34,814 nt of DNA, from contig JALRLN010000003.1 in assembly GCA_023254445.1 (NCBI GenBank), forward strand, positions 1-34,814. The letters are read 5' to 3'. This stretch comes from Candidatus Poseidoniaceae archaeon (GTDB taxonomy: Archaea > Thermoplasmatota > Poseidoniia > Poseidoniales > Poseidoniaceae). The notes beneath the pieces were generated by a model. The model worked only from the letters and a program-made list of their open reading frames with translations. It was not told the origin of the DNA and ran no database searches. Within the stretch, counting starts at the first letter, position 1, and each line of letters opens with the position of its first letter. The position numbers and the translations under genes were made by a program. Of the stretch, positions 1-8,272 are shown one piece after another.

Positions 1-1293
1 ATGACGGGATTGACCAAAGCGGACGTGCGTGGGAAGAACGGTTTCGCACGTCCGTTTGGTGTTCCAGTGGATTGGCTGATTGCGGGGGTCATCGCCACCT
101 TGGGTGGTGACGTGCTCCTCGCTGTGGTCTGGCTGTGCCTCTTCTCGCCCATCGCCGTTTCCAGCGCTCCCACCTCCAACATGCCTGCAGCCGCGCTTGG
201 CGTGACCCTTGCGCTCGTTTCTGCGTGGACCGAACTCGTCCCGCTGTATGTCGCAGGCCTCATGCTTGTTCCGTTCCTCGCGCCGTGGTTGATGATGGAC
301 GACGATGCTTCGACGGAGGTGGACATCCACGCCACCCTCAAGCGCGCACCGCTGTGGGCCGGGGCCGGAATCGCGGCACTGATGCTTGTGTTGACGTTCA
401 CCATCCTGCTGGGTTCCATTGATCAGATTCATTTCGCCGCACACGAAGTCTACGGGTCGGTCTTGCTTGCCTCAACCTCTGGAGCACTGCTCCTGTACAG
501 CCTCAGACGTGAAAGCACAACGGTGCGGTTGACGATGCTGACCGGTCTGATGTTGGTCAGCGCAGTGGGGGCCCTGCTCGCACCGGGGCTCTGGGGGGGC
601 GATGCGTTGGAGGGCCTCAGCAACGTGGTGCTCCGCGGTCACATTGCGTGGCTCGTTGCCCCCACGGCCCTTGTGGCGGTGCCTCACGTGGTGAGCGAGG
701 TTGTGCGCTCCGCACGACGGCGTTCCACGACGCCGTGGTGGCGTCGCGTGCCGGTGCAGGCCCACGTGGTTCACGCAGGGTTGTTGCTGCTGATTGTGGG
801 CCACGTCATGACAACGACCTTGGTGGACCGAGGCGACCCTGCCCATCGGATCACGATGCTCAAGGACGAACCGATCGAGGTGGACGGGTGGACCTACACC
901 TTCAGGGACGTGCGCTTGGTTCCTGGTGAGGACTTGGCCGTTGGCGATGGGGCGGTGCACGTGGTCATTGACGTGTACGATGGCACCGAATGGCGTGGGG
1001 CAGCAGAACCCGGAATGACACGGTTTGATGCGTCTGGATTCCCGCGTTCCGAAGTGGACGTTGTCCGTGGTGCAACGGGTGACGTCGTTCTCATCTTCGA
1101 TTTCACCCAGGCCGGGGACCTCATGCAGACGGTGGCGTTGGAGGGCGAAGACGCCGTTGATGCGGTTCGCGTCACGGTCTACCGCTTGCCTCAGTCGCAT
1201 GCTGTCTGGGTTGGGTGGGGGTTGATGCTGCTCGGCATGACGGGCCTTTCCCTTTCGAGCCGGGGGAAAGAGAAGCACCTTCCCGCCGCTTGA
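1..1293 (+). CDS. Polytopic membrane protein. The C-terminal part resembles the C-terminal region of CcmF/NrfE-type cytochrome c heme lyase (tentative). The frame is open from base 1, so the true 5' end may lie upstream.
   Basis: ORF track 1..1293 with GC-rich third codon positions and many hydrophobic helices. A His-containing helix (AHVVHAGLLLLIVGHVM) is followed by a soluble segment (TMLKDEPIEVDGWTYTFRDVRL...HVVIDVYDG...PGMTRFDASGFPRSEVDV) and a final helix (VRVTVYRLPQSHAVWVGWGLMLLG). This order matches my memory of CcmF C-termini. No HMM was run. Confidence 0.6.
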   Translation: MTGLTKADVRGKNGFARPFGVPVDWLIAGVIATLGGDVLLAVVWLCLFSPIAVSSAPTSNMPAAALGVTLALVSAWTELVPLYVAGLMLVPFLAPWLMMDDDASTEVDIHATLKRAPLWAGAGIAALMLVLTFTILLGSIDQIHFAAHEVYGSVLLASTSGALLLYSLRRESTTVRLTMLTGLMLVSAVGALLAPGLWGGDALEGLSNVVLRGHIAWLVAPTALVAVPHVVSEVVRSARRRSTTPWWRRVPVQAHVVHAGLLLLIVGHVMTTTLVDRGDPAHRITMLKDEPIEVDGWTYTFRDVRLVPGEDLAVGDGAVHVVIDVYDGTEWRGAAEPGMTRFDASGFPRSEVDVVRGATGDVVLIFDFTQAGDLMQTVALEGEDAVDAVRVTVYRLPQSHAVWVGWGLMLLGMTGLSLSSRGKEKHLPAA

Positions 1294-1341
1294 CTTATGA
1301 GGGGTGCTCCGGTGGCTCGGCGCACCTGAGGAGTGAGAACC

Positions 1342-2205
1342 ATGGAGGAAGGAGCCATTGTCCACGTGGATTACGACCTGTTTGATGGAGCCAGCGGGGA
1401 CCTCATCGAGACGACCCGTGAGGCCACGGCGAAGGAGCACGAGGCGCACCAAGAGGGCCGAGAATACAGCCCCATGGTGTGCGTCGTTGGCGCGGGGAAC
1501 TTGATCCCGGGATTCGAAACCGCACTCCTCGAAGCCAAGGCCGAGACCGACATCGACATCACCATCCCTGCCGAAGAAGCCTACGGCGAGAAGGACCCGG
1601 CTCAGATGGAGACCATCTCCAGGGACAAGTTGCTGCGCTCGGTGCGCGACCCGAATCAGCTCTACATCGGCGCTCCGGTGAACATCGGGGGCCGTCAGGG
1701 CTACCTTTCGTACGTGGCTGCTGGTCGATGCCGCATCGATTACAACCACCCGATGGCAGGAAAGGACCTTCGTTACTCCTTCCGCATTGTCAAGGTCGTC
1801 GAGGGCCGTGAAGCGACCGTCGAAGCGTTGCTTCAATCCAACACCGGGCACAGCGATTTTGGTGTCAGTTTCGAGGGCGACGACGTCTCGATCACCCTGC
1901 CACAATCGATGCTCTTCGACACGAACGCTGCGATGATGAAGTTCAGCCTTGTTCGTGTGTTGCGCGACGCGATGGACGACCTGGGTACCGTCACCTTCCT
2001 TGAGGTGCACGAAGCACGGGGCATCGGGCACGTGCACGATCATGACGACCATGACCACGAGCACGACCACGACCACGATGAGGACCTCGAATCGCTCTCG
2101 GTCGCCGACCTCAAGGAGCGCTGCAAGGCGGCTGGCCTTCCCGTTGGTGGGAAGAAGGCCGACCTCATCGAGCGTCTCCGTGGCGCGAGCGGCGAAGAAG
2201 AGTGA
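1342..2205 (+). CDS. FKBP-type peptidyl-prolyl cis-trans isomerase (archaeal SlyD-like, with insert-in-flap region) carrying a His/Asp-rich tract and a C-terminal SAP-like helix-extended-helix motif
   Basis: The N-terminus (VHVDYDLFDG...VVGAGNLIPGFETALLEAK...EEAYGEKDP...IDYNHPMAGKDLRYSFRIVKV) is typical of short archaeal/SlyD FKBPs. The tail is HVHDHDDHDHEHDHDHDED followed by LSVADLKERCKAAGLPVGGKKADLIERLRG. ATG 1342 is preceded by GAGGAGTGA. The ORF track starts 9 nt earlier at GTG 1333. Confidence 0.85.
   Translation: MEEGAIVHVDYDLFDGASGDLIETTREATAKEHEAHQEGREYSPMVCVVGAGNLIPGFETALLEAKAETDIDITIPAEEAYGEKDPAQMETISRDKLLRSVRDPNQLYIGAPVNIGGRQGYLSYVAAGRCRIDYNHPMAGKDLRYSFRIVKVVEGREATVEALLQSNTGHSDFGVSFEGDDVSITLPQSMLFDTNAAMMKFSLVRVLRDAMDDLGTVTFLEVHEARGIGHVHDHDDHDHEHDHDHDEDLESLSVADLKERCKAAGLPVGGKKADLIERLRGASGEEE
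2029..2085 (+). repeat. Imperfect CAY/GAY codon tract encoding a 19-residue His/Asp(Glu) run inside the FKBP gene
   Basis: Read directly: cac gtg cac gat cat gac gac cat gac cac gag cac gac cac gac cac gat gag gac. Confidence 0.85.
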
Positions 2206-2235
2206 TTCTCAGGCCAATCCTCTTGAGTTGCTCAC

Positions 2236-3690
2236 GTGAGCGACCACATGAGGCCCATGACGACGGACGACGCGTCGAACGTGGAGCCAACCGACCTTGT
2301 CCAGCAGAACGATGCCCTAGGCGTCAAGGACGGAGCACGGCTTGAAGCAAGGGAACCACCCTTCAGCCCCCTTGAACGCGTTGTGTTGTGGGGGCTGCTG
2401 GGAACCTTTGTCGTCGTCGGCCTTGCGTACGCCGTTGCCCCAGAAGCGGTGTGGGATGACCGGCTTGCTCCCGTTGTGTGGGACCCGATTGTTTTGGATG
2501 CCAGCGACGAAGCGGGTGATGCGGGCTACAACCGGTGGAACACCGCACTGTACACGGCTGGTCTCTTCGTGTCCGTGCTGGCCCTGCAGGCCTTGTTCAG
2601 GCATTGGAGGCTTCCGTCCGACGACCTGATGGTCCTGACGTTGGCCGTGTGGGTGTGCTTGGCACCGGTCCTGCGCGTCCTCGAGGACGCGCACATCTTT
2701 CCCCCTGGCAAAGACGTGCTCTTCATCTCGCCGATCATTCACCTTCACCTCGCGGCGTGGCTTGTCGCCGTGGGCCTCGCAGGGCATCGCCTCGATGTGA
2801 CGATGGCGAGGAGCACGCACCCGTCGACCACCGAGCGCCGCGTCAACCATGCCTTGCTGTTTGGTGTCCCCTTCGGATTGCTCGGATTTTGGAGTTGGGT
2901 GCTTCGTCCAGCCCATGACGGCGCGATCGCCATCGGTCCAACAGCCCCCGCTCTGTTTTCGCTCTTCGCGCTCGTGGCCGTGGTCCTCTGCTTGATGCGC
3001 ACCACAGGTGCACCAGCCATCACACGGGCGTTGTTGAGCTTCGGCGTTGGGGCGGTCCTTCTCTCCATGGGATACTACGTCGCCCTTGCTCAGCAACTGA
3101 GCGTCCTGTACGTCGACGATCCTCGCAACAGCATCGTTCTGTGGCCGCTGTTCGTGGTGGTTGGCCTCCCACTCTTGATCGCTGCCGTTCTGCACCGGTA
3201 TGGCGCACCGGCCCACAACCACCTCACGGCCACAGGCCACGTTCCCGGGGTGCTCCCCGAGGGCGTTCGATTGGAGGTGTGGGAAGCCGATCCTGATGCG
3301 GTTGCTTCCCACCCAGTGGAGCGGCTTTCGACGCGGGCGATGCTGGCTTCTCCGCTCGTGTTGCTCATGCTGATCGGGCAGTTGGCTGACGGCTTCGCCA
3401 CGTTCCTCGGCCTTGACGTGTTTGGCTATGCGGAGAAACACGTCGCGAGCCAAGGTGTCATCGAACTCGGCGCGAGGGTGAACGAAGCGCTTGGCATCGA
3501 CTTCGGTGTTGGTGCCTGGTTGTTCATGGTCGTCAAAGCCGTGCTTGTCACCCTCATTGTGGTCCTCTTCGCTCGAATGCGCGTCGAGCATCGTCAGCAG
3601 CATCTTCGTGTGTTGATTGTGCTGGCTGTGATGATCGTCGGTTTGGCCCCCGGGCTTCGTGACGTGGGGCGCCTCATCCTCGACGTGTGA
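2236..3690 (+). CDS. Polytopic membrane protein. The C-terminal third resembles the archaeal DUF63 membrane-protein family (tentative).
   Basis: ORF track 484 aa with at least 10 hydrophobic helices. The segment LIGQLADGFATFLGLDVFGYAEKHVAS recalls the D-x-x-(A/S)-T...G-Y-x-E-K-H signature I associate with DUF63. The start is uncertain (GTG 2236, or ATG 2248 or 2257). Confidence 0.6.
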   Translation: MSDHMRPMTTDDASNVEPTDLVQQNDALGVKDGARLEAREPPFSPLERVVLWGLLGTFVVVGLAYAVAPEAVWDDRLAPVVWDPIVLDASDEAGDAGYNRWNTALYTAGLFVSVLALQALFRHWRLPSDDLMVLTLAVWVCLAPVLRVLEDAHIFPPGKDVLFISPIIHLHLAAWLVAVGLAGHRLDVTMARSTHPSTTERRVNHALLFGVPFGLLGFWSWVLRPAHDGAIAIGPTAPALFSLFALVAVVLCLMRTTGAPAITRALLSFGVGAVLLSMGYYVALAQQLSVLYVDDPRNSIVLWPLFVVVGLPLLIAAVLHRYGAPAHNHLTATGHVPGVLPEGVRLEVWEADPDAVASHPVERLSTRAMLASPLVLLMLIGQLADGFATFLGLDVFGYAEKHVASQGVIELGARVNEALGIDFGVGAWLFMVVKAVLVTLIVVLFARMRVEHRQQHLRVLIVLAVMIVGLAPGLRDVGRLILDV

Positions 3691-3747
3691 GGGCCATCGT
3701 CGGATGCTTGAAGCGCGTTGTGGTTCTCGGCGGGGCAAGGGAGCGTC

Positions 3748-5358
3748 ATGGATCGATTGCAAACCCGCCACGTTCCCTCAAGCGAGGAAGCGAAGGCCCG
3801 GCGCGAGCACAACAGGTCCTTGGTCGAAACATTGCAGTCCAGGCTCAATGACGTCCGTCAGGGCGGAGGAGATCGGGCCGTCGAACGCCATCGTGCTCGA
3901 TCCAAGTTGCTCCCACGGGAACGCATTGAGCGAATCATCGACCCAGGAACCGCGTTCCTCGAACTCTCTGCACTCGCAGCCAACGACCTCTACGAAGGCG
4001 GGGCGCCGAGCGCGGGAATCGTCACAGGAATCGGCGTCGTGCACGGCCGAGAGTGCCTCTTTGTGGCCAACGATGCGACGGTGAAAGGGGGGTCCTACTA
4101 CCCGATGACGGTGAAGAAGCACATCCGGGCCCAAACCATCGCCCACGAGAACCGCTTGCCGTGCATTTACCTTGTTGACTCAGGCGGCGCCTTCCTGCCG
4201 ATGCAGGACGAGGTCTTCCCTGATGTCGGTCACTTCGGCCGAATTTTCCGAAACCAAGCGCGCATGTCGGCCGATGGAATCCCTCAGGTGTCTGCCGTGC
4301 TTGGCTCCTGTACGGCTGGAGGTGCGTACGTACCTGCGATGTCCGATGAGTCGATCATCGTGAAAGGCAACGGCACCATTTTTCTCGCTGGGCCACCGCT
4401 TGTCAAGGCGGCAACTGGAGAAGAGGTGAGTGCAGAAGACCTCGGTGGAGCCGACCTTCACACGTCCGTATCTGGTGTCGCTGACCACTTTGCTGAGGAC
4501 GAAGCAGAGGCGTTGCGCATGGTCCGCAACGTGGTGGAGAATTTTGGTCCGAGGTCCCTCGCGCCAATGAATGGGAAAGCCCCTGAAGCACCGTACCACG
4601 ACCCCGAAGAATTGCTGGGCATCGTGCCTGAGGACAACCGCACCCCTGTGGATGTGCGCGAGGTGATCGCGCGGATTGTCGATGGTTCCCGTTTTCACGA
4701 ATTCAAACCGCGGTACGGGACAACCTTGGTGTGTGGATTTGCTCACCTTCACGGGCAACCGATTGGGATCGTCGCGAACAACGGTATCCTGTTCTCTGAG
4801 TCCAGCCTCAAAGGCGCCCACTTCGTCCAGCTGTGCGGACAGCGCCAGGTGCCGCTCGTGTTCCTTCAGAACATCACCGGCTTCATGGTCGGTCGTGATT
4901 ACGAAGCCGGAGGCATCGCGAAGGACGGTGCGAAGTTGGTTACGGCTGTTTCTTGCGTTGACGTTCCGAAGTTCACGGTCATCATCGGCGGAAGCCATGG
5001 TGCAGGCAACTACGGCATGTGCGGGCGGGCGTACGACCCGCGGTTCTTGTTCATGTGGCCCAACGCACGCATCTCCGTCATGGGCGGTCCACAAGCAGCA
5101 GACGTGCTCACGACCATCAAGCAGGATCAGGTCTCAAGGGAAGGGGGGGAGCCCCTGAGTGCTGATGACCTTGAGGCCTTCCGCGCGCCCATCTTGGAGA
5201 AATACGAGCGGGAGGGCTCACCCTACTACTCCACGTCGAGGCTGTGGGACGATGGAGTGATCGACCCACGCGACACGAGGGACGTCCTTGCCCTGTGTTT
5301 GGCGGCATCGCGCAATGCACAGAAGCCGGACAAGGGGTACGGCATCTTCCGCATGTAG
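3748..5358 (+). CDS. Acyl-CoA carboxylase carboxyltransferase (beta) subunit, closest by eye to 3-methylcrotonyl-CoA carboxylase beta (MccB/LiuB); geranyl-CoA carboxylase beta is not excluded
   Basis: Long runs match the MCC-beta pattern: [129 protein letters not shown] 3748 is preceded by AGGGAG. The ORF track starts at GTG 3718. Confidence 0.9.
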   Translation: MDRLQTRHVPSSEEAKARREHNRSLVETLQSRLNDVRQGGGDRAVERHRARSKLLPRERIERIIDPGTAFLELSALAANDLYEGGAPSAGIVTGIGVVHGRECLFVANDATVKGGSYYPMTVKKHIRAQTIAHENRLPCIYLVDSGGAFLPMQDEVFPDVGHFGRIFRNQARMSADGIPQVSAVLGSCTAGGAYVPAMSDESIIVKGNGTIFLAGPPLVKAATGEEVSAEDLGGADLHTSVSGVADHFAEDEAEALRMVRNVVENFGPRSLAPMNGKAPEAPYHDPEELLGIVPEDNRTPVDVREVIARIVDGSRFHEFKPRYGTTLVCGFAHLHGQPIGIVANNGILFSESSLKGAHFVQLCGQRQVPLVFLQNITGFMVGRDYEAGGIAKDGAKLVTAVSCVDVPKFTVIIGGSHGAGNYGMCGRAYDPRFLFMWPNARISVMGGPQAADVLTTIKQDQVSREGGEPLSADDLEAFRAPILEKYEREGSPYYSTSRLWDDGVIDPRDTRDVLALCLAASRNAQKPDKGYGIFRM

Positions 5359-5360
5359 GG

Positions 5361-5387
5361 CAATTGAAAAATCGAATTTCCAATTGA
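5361..5387. promoter_or_regulatory. 27-nt AT-rich motif, copy 1 (CAATTGAAAAATCGAATTTCCAATTGA). It fills the spacer between the carboxyltransferase stop and the hydratase start.
   Basis: Read directly. It matches 15119-15145 at 24 of 27 positions. Two CAATTG palindromes lie 20 nt apart. Confidence 0.5.
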
Positions 5388-5388
5388 G

Positions 5389-6255
5389 GTGTACGTTGTG
5401 AACGCTCCTGCATGCGACCACCTTCTCCTTCAGGTCGATGGACCCGTGCTGCGGGTCGGGTTGGCGCGTGAAGCGGTGTTCAACGCCCTCAACGTCCAGT
5501 TGATCACCGAATTGTGCGAAGTCCTTGAGTGGAGCGCAGCACGGAGTGCTGGCCGAACCGGGAGCTTGAGCGATGAAAACGGGGCCTGCTTTCGTCTCCT
5601 TGTGTTGCACGGCCTTGGGAAGCATTTCTGCGCTGGGGCAGACATCGGCATGATGCGGGACGCTGGTGCTCGAACCGTCGATGAGAACCGTGAAGACAGC
5701 GCCCGCTTGGACCGGTTGTTCCACGGATTGTGGTCGCACCCCTGTTACACGATTGCCGTGCTTCACGGCGTGGCCTTGGGTGGGGGCGCAGGCCTCATCG
5801 CGGCGTGCGATCATGTGGTGGCGGTTGAAGGCGCAAGGGTGGCCCTGTCCGAAGGTAAACTTGGAATTCTTCCCGCCGTCATTGGCCCCTACGTGTACAG
5901 AAGGGTGGGCTCTGCCGCGTTTCGCAGGTTGGCGATGCACGCCGGTAGGGTCGGCACCGCTGAAGCCCAACGCATTGGCCTTCTCGAGGACGTCCATCCC
6001 ACGGCGGACGATGCTTGGACCGCTGTTGACGCCATCGTTTCAGAGGTCTTGACCACGGGTCCGAGTGCGGTCACCACAGCCAAGGAGCTCACCCTGGGCT
6101 TTGACCGCTGGAGCGGGTCCGACGAAGACCTTCGGACGTGGACGCTGGACTTCACCAGCAGAATGCGCGGCTCCGACGAGGGACAAGAAGGACTCTCTGC
6201 GTTCCTTGAGAAGCGGCCTCAGCGTTGGCGACCGGATGCGGGAGGGACGTCCTGA
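5389..6255 (+). CDS. Enoyl-CoA hydratase/isomerase (crotonase) family protein. Context suggests methylglutaconyl-CoA hydratase.
   Basis: Crotonase oxyanion-hole motifs are present: LHGLGKHFCAGADIGMM and LHGVALGGGAGLIAACDHVVAVEGARVALSEGKLGILP. The gene is sandwiched between carboxylase subunits. The start is GTG 5389 or GTG 5398. Its stop TGA overlaps the next ATG by 1 nt. Confidence 0.85.
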   Translation: MYVVNAPACDHLLLQVDGPVLRVGLAREAVFNALNVQLITELCEVLEWSAARSAGRTGSLSDENGACFRLLVLHGLGKHFCAGADIGMMRDAGARTVDENREDSARLDRLFHGLWSHPCYTIAVLHGVALGGGAGLIAACDHVVAVEGARVALSEGKLGILPAVIGPYVYRRVGSAAFRRLAMHAGRVGTAEAQRIGLLEDVHPTADDAWTAVDAIVSEVLTTGPSAVTTAKELTLGFDRWSGSDEDLRTWTLDFTSRMRGSDEGQEGLSAFLEKRPQRWRPDAGGTS

Positions 6256-7757
6256 TGCGCTGCGTGCTCGTGGCCAACCGAGGCGAGATCGCCTGCAGGG
6301 TGCTTCGGGCGTGCACGGAAGCCGGATTGGACTCGGTGGCGATTTTCGCCGAAGACGAGGCCGGATCGTTGCATACCGAACTTGCCACACGGTCGGTTGG
6401 CCTCAGCGGCGAAGGTCCAAGCGCGTACCTGAACGTGGACGCCATCCTTGAAGCAGCCCGTTCGTCCGGGGCCGATGCGGTGCATCCCGGGTTCGGATTC
6501 CTCTCCGAACGGGCTGATTTCGCACGTGCGGTCGTGGCTGCGGGACTGGTGTGGATCGGTCCTTCTCCAGACGCTATCGAACGAATGGGCGACAAAATGA
6601 CCGCACGCATCACAATGCGGGAGGCAGGCGTCCCCGTCATTCCCGGCTGTGAAATTGAAACCGACGCCACAGGAGACGACGAACGCGATCTGTTGACCGT
6701 CCTTCAGGCGGTGGAGTCGGCTGCGGTCGAAGTTGGCTTCCCGCTTTTGTTGAAGGCAAGCGCAGGCGGCGGTGGCAAAGGGATGAGGGAAGTGTCTTCT
6801 CGTGAAGGCCTTGAGGAGGCCCTTCGTTCCGCTCGTCGAGAAGCGATGGCCGCCTTTGGCGATGGCCGTGTCTACCTTGAACGTCTTCTGCGCAACGCAC
6901 GGCACGTGGAGGTGCAGGTGCTTGCCGATGAACATGGACGGACCGTTCATCTTGGCGAGCGTGAATGTTCCATTCAGCGCCGGCATCAGAAGGTGTTCGA
7001 GGAAGCACCCTGTCCTGTGATGGACGAGGACTTGCGGGCGCGCATCGGCGCGGCAGCCGTGGCCGCAGCAGAGGCCGTGGCGTACGTCGGAGCCGGTACG
7101 GTTGAATTCCTTCTTGAAGCGGACGGTAGCTTCCATTTTCTTGAGATGAACACCCGAATTCAGGTCGAGCATCCAATCACTGAGGCGATCACCGGCGTGG
7201 ACATCGTCGCTGAACAACTGCGGATTGCCGCAGGTGAACGCATGCAGGTTGGCGACCTGCACCTGCAGGGCCATGCCATCGAAGTTCGCATCTACGCCGA
7301 AGACCCGTCCAACGGTTTCCTTCCCTCCATCGGCCCCCTCGCCGTGTTCCGTCCCCCAACGGGGCCCGGTGTTCGCTTTGATACCGGGGTGCGGGAAGGT
7401 GACAACGTGTCACCATCGTACGATCCGATGCTCGCCAAACTGGTCGTCCACGCACCCAATCGACCACAAGCCTTGGCGAGGATGCGACGGGCGCTGAACG
7501 ATTTCGTGGTCCTCGGGACCACGACCAACGTCAGTTTTCTTCGCGACCTTCTCGACCAAGAGGCGGTGGTGGGTGGGCACACCCACACGACGCTGATCGA
7601 CGAGGTGTATCCGTCTGGATGGACGGCTCCTCCCGTCGGCGAAGCGGCACGAGCGGTCGCGGCCTGTGCGGCGTCTGTCCCCCCACGGTCCGTCTCCGGT
7701 ACCTCCTCGAACGCCGAACCCTCTCCGTTCATCACCATCGGAAGGAGGCTTCCGTGA
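6255..7757 (+). CDS. accC: Biotin carboxylase subunit of acyl-CoA carboxylase (ATP-grasp)
   Basis: Canonical biotin carboxylase motifs are present: MRCVLVANRGEIACRVLRAC, HPGFGFLSE, LLLKASAGGGGKGMR, ERECSIQRRHQKVFEEAP, EMNTRIQVEHPITE. ATG 6255 has GGAGGG 8 nt upstream. The ORF track starts at 6225. Confidence 0.95.
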   Translation: MRCVLVANRGEIACRVLRACTEAGLDSVAIFAEDEAGSLHTELATRSVGLSGEGPSAYLNVDAILEAARSSGADAVHPGFGFLSERADFARAVVAAGLVWIGPSPDAIERMGDKMTARITMREAGVPVIPGCEIETDATGDDERDLLTVLQAVESAAVEVGFPLLLKASAGGGGKGMREVSSREGLEEALRSARREAMAAFGDGRVYLERLLRNARHVEVQVLADEHGRTVHLGERECSIQRRHQKVFEEAPCPVMDEDLRARIGAAAVAAAEAVAYVGAGTVEFLLEADGSFHFLEMNTRIQVEHPITEAITGVDIVAEQLRIAAGERMQVGDLHLQGHAIEVRIYAEDPSNGFLPSIGPLAVFRPPTGPGVRFDTGVREGDNVSPSYDPMLAKLVVHAPNRPQALARMRRALNDFVVLGTTTNVSFLRDLLDQEAVVGGHTHTTLIDEVYPSGWTAPPVGEAARAVAACAASVPPRSVSGTSSNAEPSPFITIGRRLP

Positions 7758-8224
7758 TGGTCGAGTTTCGGACCCCTGAAGGCACCGTTGAGGTGCACCC
7801 CGTTCCAGACGGCAGGTCATGGATCGTCGGTGACCACCGGTTGACGCGGCTCGATGACGTTCGCTGGTCCGTCGAGGGGGAAGGCCGTCCCGCTCGGATT
7901 GCCCATGCGATCCGCGTCGATGACGACGTGTGGCTGCACGTAGATGGACGCGTCCATCGCTTGAGCCTCGTTGAACCAGGAGCACGAAGCGGAGGAGCCG
8001 AGGGTGGCTGCACTGCACCAATGCCCGGGGCCGTTCTGGAGGTCTTGGTGAGCGTTGGTGATGAGGTTGAGGCCGGAACCCCGCTCGTCGTCATGGAGGC
8101 CATGAAGATGGAACATCGGGTGATGGCTCCGACGGACGGGACGGTTGTTGCGGTGCACGTTGAAGTTGGAGGCCGTGTCCTGCAAGGACAAACCTTGGTT
8201 GATGTTGAAACGGACGTCAGTTGA
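7757..8224 (+). CDS. Biotin carboxyl carrier protein (biotinyl/lipoyl domain) with an N-terminal beta-rich segment
   Basis: A biotinylation motif sits in a lipoyl-type domain: APMPGAVLEVLVSVGDEVEAGTPLVVMEAMKMEHRVMAPTDGTVVAVHVEVGGRVLQGQTLV. ATG 7757 overlaps the biotin carboxylase stop (gTGATGg), with GGAGG at 7744-7748. Confidence 0.9.
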   Translation: MVEFRTPEGTVEVHPVPDGRSWIVGDHRLTRLDDVRWSVEGEGRPARIAHAIRVDDDVWLHVDGRVHRLSLVEPGARSGGAEGGCTAPMPGAVLEVLVSVGDEVEAGTPLVVMEAMKMEHRVMAPTDGTVVAVHVEVGGRVLQGQTLVDVETDVS

Positions 8225-8272
8225 GGGCCCTCCATACGATGACGCTATGACCGCCTGCGTTTGGCGCAGTGC

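Noticed and set aside
1501-1525. GGGATTCGAAACC, a tRNA T-loop-like string
   Set aside because: It lies inside the FKBP coding frame (NLIPGFETAL). The flanks cannot form a T-stem or the rest of a cloverleaf. I found no tRNA, rRNA or other structured RNA gene anywhere in the window by eye.
472-2076. 534-aa minus-strand ORF spanning the end of the first gene and most of the FKBP gene
   Set aside because: It is antisense to two genes with recognisable products. Its translation is Arg/His/Pro/Gly-rich low-complexity sequence, typical of shadow ORFs in GC-rich DNA. It has no motif and no ribosome-binding site.
2317-3771. 484-aa minus-strand ORF mirroring the 2236..3690 membrane protein gene
   Set aside because: It is a shadow ORF. 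The plus-strand product has clean TM helices and coding-like GC3, whereas the minus-strand product is a charged, Arg/His-rich string with no structure-like pattern.
7619-7756. Upstream extension of the BCCP frame, and the idea that accC/BCCP is a frameshifted (pseudogenised) fused MCC-alpha
   Set aside because: The extension (MDGSSRRRSGTSGRG...) looks non-coding. The junction is a clean TGATG overlap with GGAGG at the right distance. Separate AccC and AccB subunits of these sizes are the norm for archaeal acyl-CoA carboxylases.
8255-8269. Hairpin CTGCG-TTTGG-CGCAG between the BCCP stop and the next ATG, and similar 5-bp hairpins at 1304-1328 and in 23112-23199
   Set aside because: The stems are short, such hairpins are expected by chance in GC-rich DNA, and none has an adjacent T-tract as archaeal terminators would. 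This is not enough to call a terminator or riboswitch.
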